A stretch of DNA of 64,000 nt from Chloropicon primus (lineage: Eukaryota). The position numbers and the translations under genes are program-made. Under the pieces are notes generated by a model, which did no database searches, was not told where the DNA came from, and saw only the letters and a list, made by a program, of their open reading frames with translations. Below, piece after piece: positions 1-10,316 of the stretch; the first letter of the stretch is position 1, and each line of letters starts with the position of its first letter. The stretch covers positions 868,001 to 932,000 of the forward strand of contig CP060757.1 in the NCBI GenBank assembly GCA_023205875.1, read 5' to 3'.

Positions 1-63
1 GGCAATCACCATCCTCCTCATCCTCATCCTCATCCTCATCCTTGTCGTCGTCGTCGTCGCCAT
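1..63 (-). CDS. Possible 5' end of a gene running off the left edge (MATTTTTRMRMRMRMRRMVIA...)
   Basis: ATG in aagATGg context at 63-61 on the minus strand, open to the window edge. Low-complexity Thr/Arg-rich N-terminus; divergent from the globin gene. Confidence 0.35.
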   Translation of the reverse strand, partial: MATTTTTRMRMRMRMRRMVIA

Positions 64-258
64 CTTCACAACAGTTTCTGTGGCTGCTGTCTCCTCGCGT
101 TTGTCGTCTGGATCTCTCCTGCTTCGATCCACACGCTCGCTTCGCTGCTACGGCCACTTTTCTCCGAAAATCCTTGATCCTTCCCTTGGGATGATAGCAC
201 CTTATCATCGTAACGCACGCGCCTCATGGTTCGTCGTTTCTGTTGGCGCGCGCAAGAT

Positions 259-1173
259 ATGGATCCAAAAACGATTGCGACGGTCAAGTCGACCGCACGG
301 GTCATGAAGGAGCACGGGTATGAGATCACCCAGGGTAAGCGCTCGACCCCTTCTCTCTTCCCTTGTCTCTCTCTCTCTCTGCTTCTTTCTTCTCCTTCTT
401 CTGGCTACTAACTCCTCTCCCTTCCTTCCTTTCCTCCTTGTTGCTTCTCTCTCTGTCGCGCGCGTGACGTGTGCGTCGTCAGAGATGTACGCCACCATGT
501 TCGAGGAGGTGAGTGCCTCGTCCGTTCGTGCTCCTCGAAGCCCCCTGACACGTGCTTGGCTTTCGTTCCCTCTTGTTCTTCTTCTCTTCCAACCCGCAGC
601 ACGAGGACATAAAGGCGCTCTTCAATCACGACAACATGGTTGTGCATCCGGGAGGTAAGCGCGTTTTGGCCTCCAGCTCCTCCCACTCGCCCCCCACGAC
701 TGCTGACCTCCAGAGCTCTCTCTCTCTCTCTCCCTCGAGTCTCGCAGAGACGAAGAAGAAGCAGCCCCTCCTCCTGGCGCAGGCCGTGCACGCTTACGCC
801 GAGAACATCGACAATCTGAGCTTGCTCGAGTCGGCCGTCGATAGAATAACCAAGAAGGTGGGTAGCTCACAGCAACGACCCGGAGTTCCCGCCCTGACAC
901 GAACGCCGCTACTCTCTCTCTCTCTCTCCACACTTTTCGCAGCACGTGAGCGCGAACGTGAAACCGGAGCACTACGGCATCGTTGGCCGGCATCTGCTGA
1001 ACGCGGTCAAGAAGGTTCTCGGGGAGAAGGCGAAACCGGAGATCTGCGACGCGTGGGAAAAGGCCTTCAACTTCCTCGCCGAGCTCTTCATCGAGACGGA
1101 GAACAACCTGAGGAAAGAGGAGGCCGCCAAGAAGGAAGTGAGCAACCTTGGCTGCCGTTGTACCTTGGGCTGA
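259..1173 (+). CDS. Single-domain globin (flavohemoglobin/Vitreoscilla-type), 5 exons
   Basis: Exons 259-334, 483-508, 600-654, 748-857 and 943-1173 join in frame through GT-AG introns: MDPKTIATVKSTA...EMYATMF...KALFN...KQPLLLAQAVHAYAENIDNL...ITKKHVSANVKPEHYGIVGRHLL...DAWEKAF. B10 Tyr, CD1 Phe, E7 Gln and F8 His are all present. Confidence 0.9.
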
Positions 1174-1418
1174 GCACGCCAACGATGGGCCCACCATAGA
1201 TCACCCCCTAAAACAAATTAAGGCGTCGCGTCATTCATCATCCACATCCACATCCACTCTCTCTCCTTTCTCCCTCCTCTCCTCTCTCCCGGATTGCCTG
1301 GCCTGCTGACTCGAAAAAAGCAAAAAAGATTTTTTTTCCGACGACCCCAAAGACGAGAGAGAGACAACGTTGGCGGCGGTTCTGTAGACGAAAGGCGACA
1401 CGAAGCAGCGACGCAACG

Positions 1419-1803
1419 ATGAAGGACATGACGGAAGACTTGGACGTGATAGGGTGGGGCGAGCCCAACCACCTTTCGCGGTACCACAGTCCGTACTACA
1501 CGGAGAGCCACGTCAAGTGGCGCATGCACCTGAGGAAGTGGTGCGAGGAGAAGCTGCAACCTAACATCGGCAAGTGGGAGAAGGAGAAGATCATCCCTCA
1601 CTCCGTGTTCAAGAACGCCTTCGAGGTGGGGTTTCTCCCCGCCATTGTGGGCGCCCCGTGGCCAGAGCACCTGGTGGGACCCTGCCCAGCCCTTGGAAAA
1701 GGTAAGGACGCGGCGACGCCCCGAAGACGATGACAAAAGACGAACGAAAACAAAAGCGAAGCAAGCAACTCTAGTTCCCTGCACCGGACGCCACTGACCC
1801 CCT

Positions 1804-1851
<48 letters not shown>

Positions 1852-2869
1852 ACCCTGTCCAGGCGAGAAGTTCGACGCTTTCCACGAGCTGATCGCGTGG
1901 GAGGAGATTTGCAGGCTTGGCTCCGGCGGCCTCACTTGGGGCATCTGCGAGGGAATCCAGATCGGCGTCCCACCGCTGCTCAACTTCGGGACCCCTGAGA
2001 TGAAGAAGGTCGCCCAGCAGTGCTTGATGGGCGAGAAGGTGATCTGCCTGTGCATCTCCGAGCCGTACGCGGGAAGCGACGTGGCGAACATCAGGTGCAA
2101 GGCCGAGAAGAAGGTCGTGAACGGCGAGGAAGTGTACGTCGTGAACGGAGAGAAGAAGTGGATCACGAACGGGACTTACGCCGACTACTTCATCGTTGCC
2201 GCCAGGACCGGCGGAAAGGGCAACAAGGGAATTTCCCTCCTGCTGGTGGACAGGTCCATGGCGGGCATAGAGACCAAGAAGATGGACTGCATGGGCATGT
2301 TCGCTAGTGGAACGGCGTACATCACCCTCGAGGACGTCCACGTCCCTTGCTCCAAGGTCATTGGCGAGGTGAACAAGGGTTTCTACTACATTATGTACAA
2401 CTTCAACCACGAGAGGTGGGGCTTCATCGCTCAGTCGACCGAGTTCGCCAGGGTCTGCCTGGACGAGGCGACCAGGTACGCCCTGAGGAGGAGGACCTTT
2501 GGGAAGACTCTCGTGGAGCACCCAGTGATCAGGGCCAAGATCGGCGAGATGGCGAGGCAGATCGAGAGCACCCACGCCATGCTGGAGCTCATGACGTACC
2601 AGATGACTCAGATGTCAAAGGAGGAGCAGATGACCAAGCTGGCCGCGGATTCCGCTCTCATCAAGGTGCAAGCCACGAAAATGTTCGAGTACTGCGCGAG
2701 AGAGGCGGCGCAGATCTTCGGAGGCAACAGCTACATCAGAGGTGGCCAGGGCGAGAAGGTGGAGAGGCTCTACAGGGAGGTGAGGGCCATGGCCATCCCC
2801 GGAGGTTCCGAGGAGATTATGATCGACTTGGCCGTGAGACAGATCTTGAAACCTATCAAGAAGCTATAA
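1419..2869 (+). CDS. Acyl-CoA dehydrogenase, 2 exons
   Basis: Exons 1419-1701 and 1863-2869. Motifs CISEPYAGSDVA, VNGEKKWITNG, RRTFGK, AAQIFGG, ERLYREVR and IPGGSEEI. Ends in KKL. Confidence 0.93.
1808..1850. repeat. (CT)n microsatellite in the ACAD intron
   Basis: Perfect CT dinucleotide run just upstream of the 3' splice site. Confidence 0.95.
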
Positions 2870-2939
2870 ATTCGTTTGAGAAGCCTGTTGGTTTTACACA
2901 CGAGCTTTTCCTTTCTTCCAACCTAAGCTCCAGACCTCC

Positions 2940-4358
2940 TCACGCCATGGGATAAGAGATGACGTTGCCGTCGTCGCCGCTCGCGACGAGGAAATCGTCC
3001 GTCACTCCCAGGGACCTGACGGCATTCTGGTTGCCTTCGAGGCCGTACAGGCAGCTTCCCGTTCGCATGTCGTGCACGAGCACCTGGCCGTCCCCGGAGC
3101 CGCTGATGACAAGGTCCCCCATCAGCTCCATGGAGTAGATGAAATCCTTGTTACTTGAGATGGCGCCCACCTTCTCGAAGGACATCCTCGGGTCGGATAT
3201 GCATATCCTCTTGTCAGCTCCCATTGTCACGACGTTTCCGTCGGCCGTGCACCGTATGGCTCCAATGGCACCGGCGCCCCCGTCCCTCCTGTGGTGGTAC
3301 TTCTCGAAGAGGCAGTCCTGCAGCCTCTGGTCCCGGACTTGGAGGCAGCCGTCCTGCCCCCCGGAGAGGACGAGATTATCGTCGCGCCCGTCGAACAGAG
3401 CCAACGCCGTGATGTGACCCTGGTGCGCCGCCCCCACCGCCTTCTTTGGTTTCCCCTTCAGGACGTCCCAAAGGATCAGAGCTCCGTCCCTGCTTCCGGA
3501 CACCAGCGTGTGATCCCTCCAGGCCATCTCCATCACGGGGGCCTTGTGACCGCGCAGGCTCTGGCTCTCCCTGCCGTTGAGGCCAGAGATGTCCCAGAAC
3601 TTGACCGTCTTGTCGTAACTGCACGAGCAGGCCACGCCCCCGTCGGGGCTCACCTGGATCCCAGAGACGGAGTGCGAGTGGCCCTTCAGCTCGGTGGCTC
3701 TCACCGCCGAGCTGTGCCAGAGCAGCAGCTTCGAGTCGAGGCCGGCGCTCAGAACCTTCCCGTCCGGAAAGTACTTCACAGCGTTCACCCACTCGCAGTG
3801 CCCGTACGCCTTGGAGTACAACTTCCTCGTCCTCTTGCCCTTCCGAAAGTTCACCTCGTACAGGGCGTGGTCCGAGCTGCCTATGACAGCGCAGTCGTTC
3901 CTCACGTCCATGCACAGGCTGGGTCTGTCCGAGAGGTCGATTTTCGTCCCACTGCGATCCTTTGGACCGCTGCACCAGGCGCCGGGAAGCTGACCCTTCG
4001 GCGGGGCCTCGGTCTCCGCGGTCCTCCCCACCGCCCGAGCCACACCCGCCTTGGACCCCAGAGCAGTCTTCAGAGGCTGGTGGCCCTGATGAAGCACCGG
4101 GCACTTGTTGCTGCTGCCACGGACTTCCCCCTCCTTGGTCCGCGGCTCCTGGAAGTCGATGTTCTCCTTGGAGGACATGCTCTGGAAGGCCTCCTCCATG
4201 GCGTCCATGTACTTGTCGTTGAGCTCGTGGGAGGCCGCTGCCGAGTTCACGGGAGGCCCCTTCTTCCTGCTCGTTCTCCTGTCTCTGCTAGTCGCCTTCA
4301 GCCTCCTCAGGGAGCTTCCGAGTCCCCTCTGGGACCCCTGCTGCTCGCTGGACATCAT
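2940..4358 (-). CDS. WD40-repeat beta-propeller protein
   Basis: 472 aa ORF with repeated GH...SxDxxxxxWD units (GHCEWV, GHSHSV...SYDKTVKFWD, GHKAPV...SRDGALILWD) and a low-complexity N-terminus. Confidence 0.88.
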   Translation of the reverse strand: MMSSEQQGSQRGLGSSLRRLKATSRDRRTSRKKGPPVNSAAASHELNDKYMDAMEEAFQSMSSKENIDFQEPRTKEGEVRGSSNKCPVLHQGHQPLKTALGSKAGVARAVGRTAETEAPPKGQLPGAWCSGPKDRSGTKIDLSDRPSLCMDVRNDCAVIGSSDHALYEVNFRKGKRTRKLYSKAYGHCEWVNAVKYFPDGKVLSAGLDSKLLLWHSSAVRATELKGHSHSVSGIQVSPDGGVACSCSYDKTVKFWDISGLNGRESQSLRGHKAPVMEMAWRDHTLVSGSRDGALILWDVLKGKPKKAVGAAHQGHITALALFDGRDDNLVLSGGQDGCLQVRDQRLQDCLFEKYHHRRDGGAGAIGAIRCTADGNVVTMGADKRICISDPRMSFEKVGAISSNKDFIYSMELMGDLVISGSGDGQVLVHDMRTGSCLYGLEGNQNAVRSLGVTDDFLVASGDDGNVISYPMA

Positions 4359-4794
4359 GTTGAACTCGACTATGCCCTAAAACACCTCTCGTTTTTCAGT
4401 CTTCTTTACTCCTTCACCTATCGAGCGCGGCGGAGGGACTCTTTCGAAAGGGAATGAGCGCAACGCGGGGACACCACCAAAGGGTCCTTCCCTCAATCCC
4501 ACCTTTCCCCTCCTCGGTTCACGCTTACCTCGTCTCTCTTCGACCTCGCCTTGTCCGCTCTTGCCTGTCCCTCGCCAAGTTTGAATCGATACGAAATTGT
4601 TGGGCACAATTTTACGAAAGTTCACCAAAGATGGCGGGAGGCAAGGGGGCAGTCCTTGGGAGGTTGGACGGGAAGGTGAGGAGCGTGGGGCATATGGAAT
4701 TGAGTCGAGGGAGAAGAATCCGCGGGAATCGGCGTGTCCCCTCCGGGACTTGTCGTTCTCGTCGCTCTCGTGTCCTTGCGTGCGTGCGTGCGTG

Positions 4795-4832
<38 letters not shown>

Positions 4833-4842
4833 TGCGTGTGTG
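4795..4842. repeat. Compound (CT)n(GT)n microsatellite
   Basis: Seen directly in the divergent WD40/COMMD intergenic region. Confidence 0.9.
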
Positions 4843-4992
4843 ACTTGAACTTGACCTCTCGCTCTCCTGCGTGTCGTGGGGTCGTCTCCCTCGTTTGTTG
4901 GCACGAGTGCCCGATTCCCTCCGCGCGCTGACGAGCTCTTCGCCTTGTTTCCCTTCCACTTCCTCGCCGAAAAACGACGACCTTGACGACGA

Positions 4993-5523
4993 ATGGCTGC
5001 TGCTTGTGCTGCGGCTTGGGTTGCGCAGGAGGCCGGGGAGCTCGGGGAGGCGGCCGTGCGGCTGATCCTCGACGAGAGCGGGTCGAGCCCGCCCGAGGGC
5101 GACTCGGAGAGGGAGGCGAGGGTGGTGTCCTTGGCGGGTGCCGTGGTGGACGCCTGCAGGGAGGGGCTTGCGAAGGACGAGGTCGCTTCCTTCCTCGAGA
5201 GGGAGCACCGGATCCCTACCGCGGCCGCGGCTCGCGTCGCGGAGGCCCTCGAGAGGCGCCGGGCGAGCCTCTCGAGGGCCGTGAATAGGGCGACCGGGTC
5301 GACTTGCCTGCCCCACCTCGGCTCGGCGGACTGGAGGCTGGACCTCAGCAAGGGCAAGGCCGGCGAGGTCGCCGAGCCCGTCTTCCACGTCAACCTGAGG
5401 TCCGCGGACGGCTCGGACCTCTCGTCCTTCGCGTGCAGCATCGAGGAGATGCAGGACTTGGTGTCCACCCTCAAGGACGCTTGCCTGTCCGCCAAGAGGA
5501 ACGAGAGGGCCTACTCTTCCTAG
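4993..5523 (+). CDS. COMMD3: COMM-domain protein, COMMD3-like
   Basis: The C-terminal LPHLGSADWRLDL...PVFHVNL...SFACSIEEMQDLVSTLKDA matches the COMM domain as I recall it for COMMD3. Confidence 0.75.
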   Translation: MAAACAAAWVAQEAGELGEAAVRLILDESGSSPPEGDSEREARVVSLAGAVVDACREGLAKDEVASFLEREHRIPTAAAARVAEALERRRASLSRAVNRATGSTCLPHLGSADWRLDLSKGKAGEVAEPVFHVNLRSADGSDLSSFACSIEEMQDLVSTLKDACLSAKRNERAYSS

Positions 5524-6167
5524 TCCTCCTCGTCGTCGTCCTAGAGCAGCAGCAGCAGCACGGGGAGAAGGAAGGAGAGGAGGAGGGAGGAAACTTATAG
5601 GCGGTGGATTGTTGGGTTGTATTCTAGTCTTTTGCTTTATTATTATTATCAATAGCAAGGGGAAGGGATTGGACCCCTGATTTCGCTCTCTCGCAGATCA
5701 CAGTCGAGATCACGACTTTCCTAGGGTTGCCATTGATTTGATTTGAGTGGTCACGATATCGTAATTCTACGCCCATCTGAGGGCCTAACGTGGGTTTTTC
5801 TACTTTTTCTCTTGTAACGTCCAGAAATGGAGATGGGCAAGCGGACAGGTCGAAAAGTTCTTTTTTCTCCGGTGGCGAAGGCGAGACCTTGTGTTTAAGT
5901 TGTCGAGTTGGAGTGGTCCGAAGCGGAGTTGGGCGCGGGGATAAGGTAGAATCGGGAACGGCGGCCGGGTCTCTTTAGTCGGTCTCACGTTCCATCCTCA
6001 AAGTCGTTGCGCGCTCGGTCGGGAGGGCATGAAGTAGAAGGGGAAGGGGAGGCATCGATCTTTGCTTTTGCTTTTGTCCTGTTTCTGACGAGGATTGGGT
6101 TTGACCGCGCGCGCAGCTGGAGGTGGCCCCACGACGAGGACGAGGACGAGGTCATCTGGTCGACAGC

Positions 6168-7418
6168 ATGGCCGGCCCTAGCGAGAGAGGGGCGAAGGAT
6201 GCGCCAGCGAGAAGGAACGAGTCGTCCTCCTCCAAGCCCGTCGTCGCCGCTCGGGAGGAGGGCTCGGCCTGCAAGAGCGCCCGGGGGGCGGCCAAGGTTG
6301 CGAAAGCGCCGGCCCTGAAGAGGACGACCTCGGCCCCGCCCGCGATGCTGCAGAGGAAGAAGTCCCGCTCGGGCCCCAAGTCGAAGAGCAGCAACTTCAT
6401 CGGGGTGTCGCAGTACAGGAGGACGGGGCGGTGGGAGGCTCACATCTGGGACTGCGCCAAGAGCAGGAACATCCCGGGGGCGAAGGGCAGGCAGCTCCAC
6501 CTCGGGAGCTTTGACTGCGCCGAGGACGCCGCCCGGGCGTACGACCGGGCCGCCATCCACTTTCGGGGGGAGGAGGCGGACACGAACTACCCGCGGGAGC
6601 AGTACACCCACGACCCGGTGCTCAACGCCCTGAAGGGCCTGTCCAAGGACCAGTTCGTGGTGAGGCTGAGGGGGGTCGCTCAGCACCACAAGATCCAGTC
6701 CCAGAACCGGAAGAAGAAGGAGAGGAGGAAGCCGGCGAGGGATTCGGGGAAGGCCGAGGGGCCCGCCCCGATGACGATCAAGAGGACTACGTCGTTCCCC
6801 CTCCACAGCCCCTGCAGCGTGCTGCCTGGGGCCGACCCGCCGCGCAGCTTCTCGGGGCACAAGTACATGCCCCAGGTAGACCACGGGTACTCCCCGGCGC
6901 CCTACCACCAGGACCACTTCCAGGGCTACCACCTCTCGAGGGCGAGGAGCACCCCCAATGTCTTCGGGCACCTGATCCCCCCCCACGGCGACCAGGGCCT
7001 CGTGTACAAGTCGAGGGTGGTGGAGGCCAGTCCGACCTACGCCCTGGTCGACGTGATCCATGGCTTGGAGGGGGAGGGCAGCCCGTCCTTCATCCACAGC
7101 CAGTACCCGATAAAGCAGGAGCCCGCGGGCCCAATCAAGGACTTCTTCGACGACGTCATCTCCTTCCCGGAGGACTACTCTCCCACGGAGATGCAGGGCC
7201 ACATCAAGCAGGAGAGGGAGATGAACGACTGCTTCAGGTACATCATGACGCCGGGCATGGAGGACTACCACCTGCACGAGGACGAGCACAACAAGGTGTT
7301 CGAGAAGAGGCCGGGGGCGTCGCGACCGGAGATATTCGAGTACAGCAGTCCCCCGGCGGAGGGTCAGGTGCCCCTGCTGATGGAGGGCATGGGCGAGGTG
7401 GACACGGGCACGTTCTAA
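6168..7418 (+). CDS. AP2/ERF-domain transcription factor (AP2/ANT-like domain)
   Basis: [22 protein letters not shown]...[28 protein letters not shown]...TNYP, followed by the linker [12 protein letters not shown] possible upstream exon (acceptor at ~6116) makes the start uncertain. Confidence 0.88.
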   Translation: MAGPSERGAKDAPARRNESSSSKPVVAAREEGSACKSARGAAKVAKAPALKRTTSAPPAMLQRKKSRSGPKSKSSNFIGVSQYRRTGRWEAHIWDCAKSRNIPGAKGRQLHLGSFDCAEDAARAYDRAAIHFRGEEADTNYPREQYTHDPVLNALKGLSKDQFVVRLRGVAQHHKIQSQNRKKKERRKPARDSGKAEGPAPMTIKRTTSFPLHSPCSVLPGADPPRSFSGHKYMPQVDHGYSPAPYHQDHFQGYHLSRARSTPNVFGHLIPPHGDQGLVYKSRVVEASPTYALVDVIHGLEGEGSPSFIHSQYPIKQEPAGPIKDFFDDVISFPEDYSPTEMQGHIKQEREMNDCFRYIMTPGMEDYHLHEDEHNKVFEKRPGASRPEIFEYSSPPAEGQVPLLMEGMGEVDTGTF

Positions 7419-7548
7419 ATAGGATGGGGGTGCCGGCCTTGAATTGAAAGTACAATAAAATTTTTTTGTGTCGTGGCTAGTGTTTCCATAAACTCTGTTA
7501 ATGTACGTTTCACTAAATTCATCCCTTGAATTATTTTTCTTGAAGTCC

Positions 7549-9828
7549 TCAGTAGTACGCCTTGATCGGCAGGTGGACGAGGGACTCGTGCCCCGGACCC
7601 GAAACCACTTTGATCTCCGTGCCCTCCTGCACGTTGTGCAGGTAGTGCTGCTCGTCCGAGCCGCTGAAGGCCAGCCGCATGCAGCTCCCCCTCTGGAAGC
7701 AGTACGACGTGGGCATCATCTCGAAGACCAGCCTCGCCGGCTCGCCGGGCACCAGGGGCTCCGCATCCGCCTCGTCGAAGGTGTGGTAGAAGGGGATGTC
7801 AGGGGGGACGCTCGATTGGTAGTGCCCCTCGCACTCCGCCTTCGGATACAGCTTCCTGTGCCTCGCCCTGAAGGCTCCCTCCGTGACGTAGTTCACGCTG
7901 CCTGTCACGGGGTCGTAATCCTCGAGGTAGACGATGATGTCCGCGTCCGGGTGCGAGGAGCTGACCCACAAGTCCAGGTAGGGGGTCCCCGTGATCTCCA
8001 GGTGGCAGTCCAGGGGCTTGGAGTCCATGAACACGTGGTGGCGGTACTTGCCCATCTTGTAGTTCAACAAGTCTCCGACGAAGATCATCGTGTGAAACCT
8101 TGAGTTGCAGTGGTGAGGGCCCTGGCCCTTCTCGGCACTGAACGCCAACTCGGCTTCGCTCTGGGGTGGAACCTGGGTCAGCGAGAGGCGGTGATCCGAG
8201 GCCGCGCTGTCCACTCCGAAGTAGAACACCTTGTCCTCCAGGTGCGAGGGTGGCCAGCAGCTCGTTTGCCTCCACCTCGAGATGATCTCGTCGGGGGCAT
8301 TCATCGTGAAGTAGGTGATGACCCCCTCGTTGCCACCGCTCGAGGAAGGGCAATCGTTGGCGAGGGAGAGGAAGAACTTGACGACCTCCGCGACGAGCTT
8401 GCTCCTCCCTATCTTCATGATCTTGTGGAAGCTGCTGAAGTCGCTCTTCTGCTTTGGGCCGAGCCCCGCGTTCTGGACGCCTCCGTGCGTCCAGGGCCCG
8501 ATGATCAGGCGGCTCCCGCTGTCCCTCGCGCAGTGCCAAAAGACGTTGATGGACGACCTCGCCGACCCGTCCAGCCAGCCTGCCACGAGGAAGAAAGGCA
8601 CGTTGCTCTCCCTCAACTCCCTGTGCCTGGTGTAGGGGCTGCTGTCATCCATCTTCAGCCCCCTCAGCGCGTCCGGGTGGTCGTCCCTGTTGATGACCTG
8701 CCTCGTCGCCTCGGACAGGTCGGCAGTCTCGTGGCTCTCGAGAGCTTTCTTGACCAAAGCCTTGGAGACCCCCTTCACGCCTTTGAACCCCGCGACGAAG
8801 GAGGCTCCGATCGGGGGCGGGGCCTCGATCAGCCGGCCGGAGTCCAAAGCGTGCACGAGCTGGTTCCAGTTGTCGAAAAAATACTTGAGGAGCACGCCCC
8901 CCGGCGCCCCGAGGTCCGAGTACACGTCAAAGTACGAGAAGAGCGACGCGCAGGCCTTGACGTTCGGGTGCTTGTACGACACGGTGAACATGGCCGCCAT
9001 CGCGTCGTACGAGATCCCGTAGCAGAAGATGCTCCCGTTGCACCAGCTCTGCTGCGAGATCCAATTGAGCATCTCCACTGAGTCCTCCCTTTCCTTGGGC
9101 TGGCACGGGGCGGACCACTGGCCGAACGACGCCCCCGTGCCCCTCACGTCAACCGAAACGATCGCGAAGCCCGAGTTCGTGAACGCCTTCTTGAACGAGA
9201 GGTTGATGGGGTCCATGGGAAAGGGCTCGATCGGCCTGAGCACCTTCCTCAGCCTCCACTGCCTGTAGTACCTCGTCTGGTGGAAGACGCACGGGATCTT
9301 CTCGCCCGGGGCCCCCGCCCTTTCCGGCGGCAGGATCACGTCCACCGCGAGCTCCACGCCGTCCGCCATGGTGACCATGTACGTCTCGCACCTCGGGGCC
9401 TTCTTCCTCGGGAACCAGCCCTCCTTGGGCAGGACGCCCTCGATCTCCTTCACGTTCCAGTGCCTGTCCTGGTTGTTCGCCCTCCTGCACCGGGGGGGGG
9501 ACGAGGGGGAGAGAAAAAGGAGAGAGAGAGAGAGAGAAAGCGTGTGGGTGGGTGGGTGTGGGAAAAAAGTGTCAGAACACGGGGTCTCCTCCCTCGGCCA
9601 AGCAAAACCCTCTCACCTCTGCTTCAGCTTCCTGCTGTGCCTCAGCCGCTCCAGAGCGCCCCTCGGATCCAAGGGATGTCGACTCCCCGTCGCCGCCGCC
9701 CCTTCCCTCTCCTCCAGGAAGGGAACCGTAGTCGTCCCCGTCTGCTGGGCCGCGGGCTCCTGGGCCTCCTGGGCCTCGCCGCCGCCCCCCCCTCCGAGGC
9801 CCAGCAGGCCGGAGAGCAGCGCCTTCAT
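7549..9828 (-). CDS. CocE/NonD family (peptidase S15) alpha/beta hydrolase, 2 exons
   Basis: Exons 9828-9617 and 9484-7549. Motifs MADGVELAVDV, TRY, DVRGTGASFG, nucleophile GISYDA, GWLD, IGPWTHG and a PepX-like C-terminus (ITGTPYLDLW). Confidence 0.88.
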
Positions 9829-10137
9829 CCTCCCTCTCAAGAGGAGGAGCGCCTTCGAGGAGGCGAGGCCAGACGAGGAACAAAGGAAGGAACAAGAAAA
9901 AGGTGACTCTGGCGTCGGCTTCTTCGCAGGCTTGTTCCAACACACACACGCACGCACAACAGAGACAGAGACAGAGATAGAGAGACACGATACCACTGCG
10001 GGTCTGCGCAGACCTCTCTCCCCGCGGTCCCTTCAAGCCTCAAACAACGCGCGCCTCGAGACCCCCCTTGCAACAACTCTATCTCTGTCCCCCATCATTG
10101 GCTCCGTCCGATAACTCCGCTCAAGCGGTTACGGAAA

Positions 10138-10176
10138 CATCGAACATTTCCATCGAACATTTCCATCGAACATTTC
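10138..10176. repeat. Perfect 13-bp tandem repeat x3 (CATCGAACATTTC)
   Basis: Three exact copies in the divergent CocE/CDT1 intergenic region. Confidence 0.95.
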
Positions 10177-10188
10177 CACTCCCTCGTG

Positions 10189-10202
10189 AAAATGGCGGGA
10201 AG
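10189..10202. promoter_or_regulatory. E2F-like element (TGGCGGGAA core) upstream of CDT1
   Basis: AAAATGGCGGGAAG lies about 115 bp before the CDT1 ATG. CDT1 is a classic E2F target. Confidence 0.5.
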
Positions 10203-10316
10203 GAGAGGAAAAAAGTGAGGGGACCTTGCCGGCTTCGCTGTAAGAGAGCTTGAGCGTCTTCCCTGGTTGTTGCGTAGGCTCGAGAGGATCGGTGGTCGTG
10301 GTGTTTGGTTTTCGTG

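Noticed and set aside
1138..1419. Globin-ACAD fusion by splicing from GTGAGC (1138) to the TAG acceptor at 1387
   Set aside because: The join would be out of frame with the ACAD ATG at 1419 (31-nt offset). Both genes look complete alone.
10138..10176. Heat-shock element in the 13-bp repeat
   Set aside because: GAA/TTC spacing is 3-4 nt rather than the 2 nt of nGAAnnTTCn.
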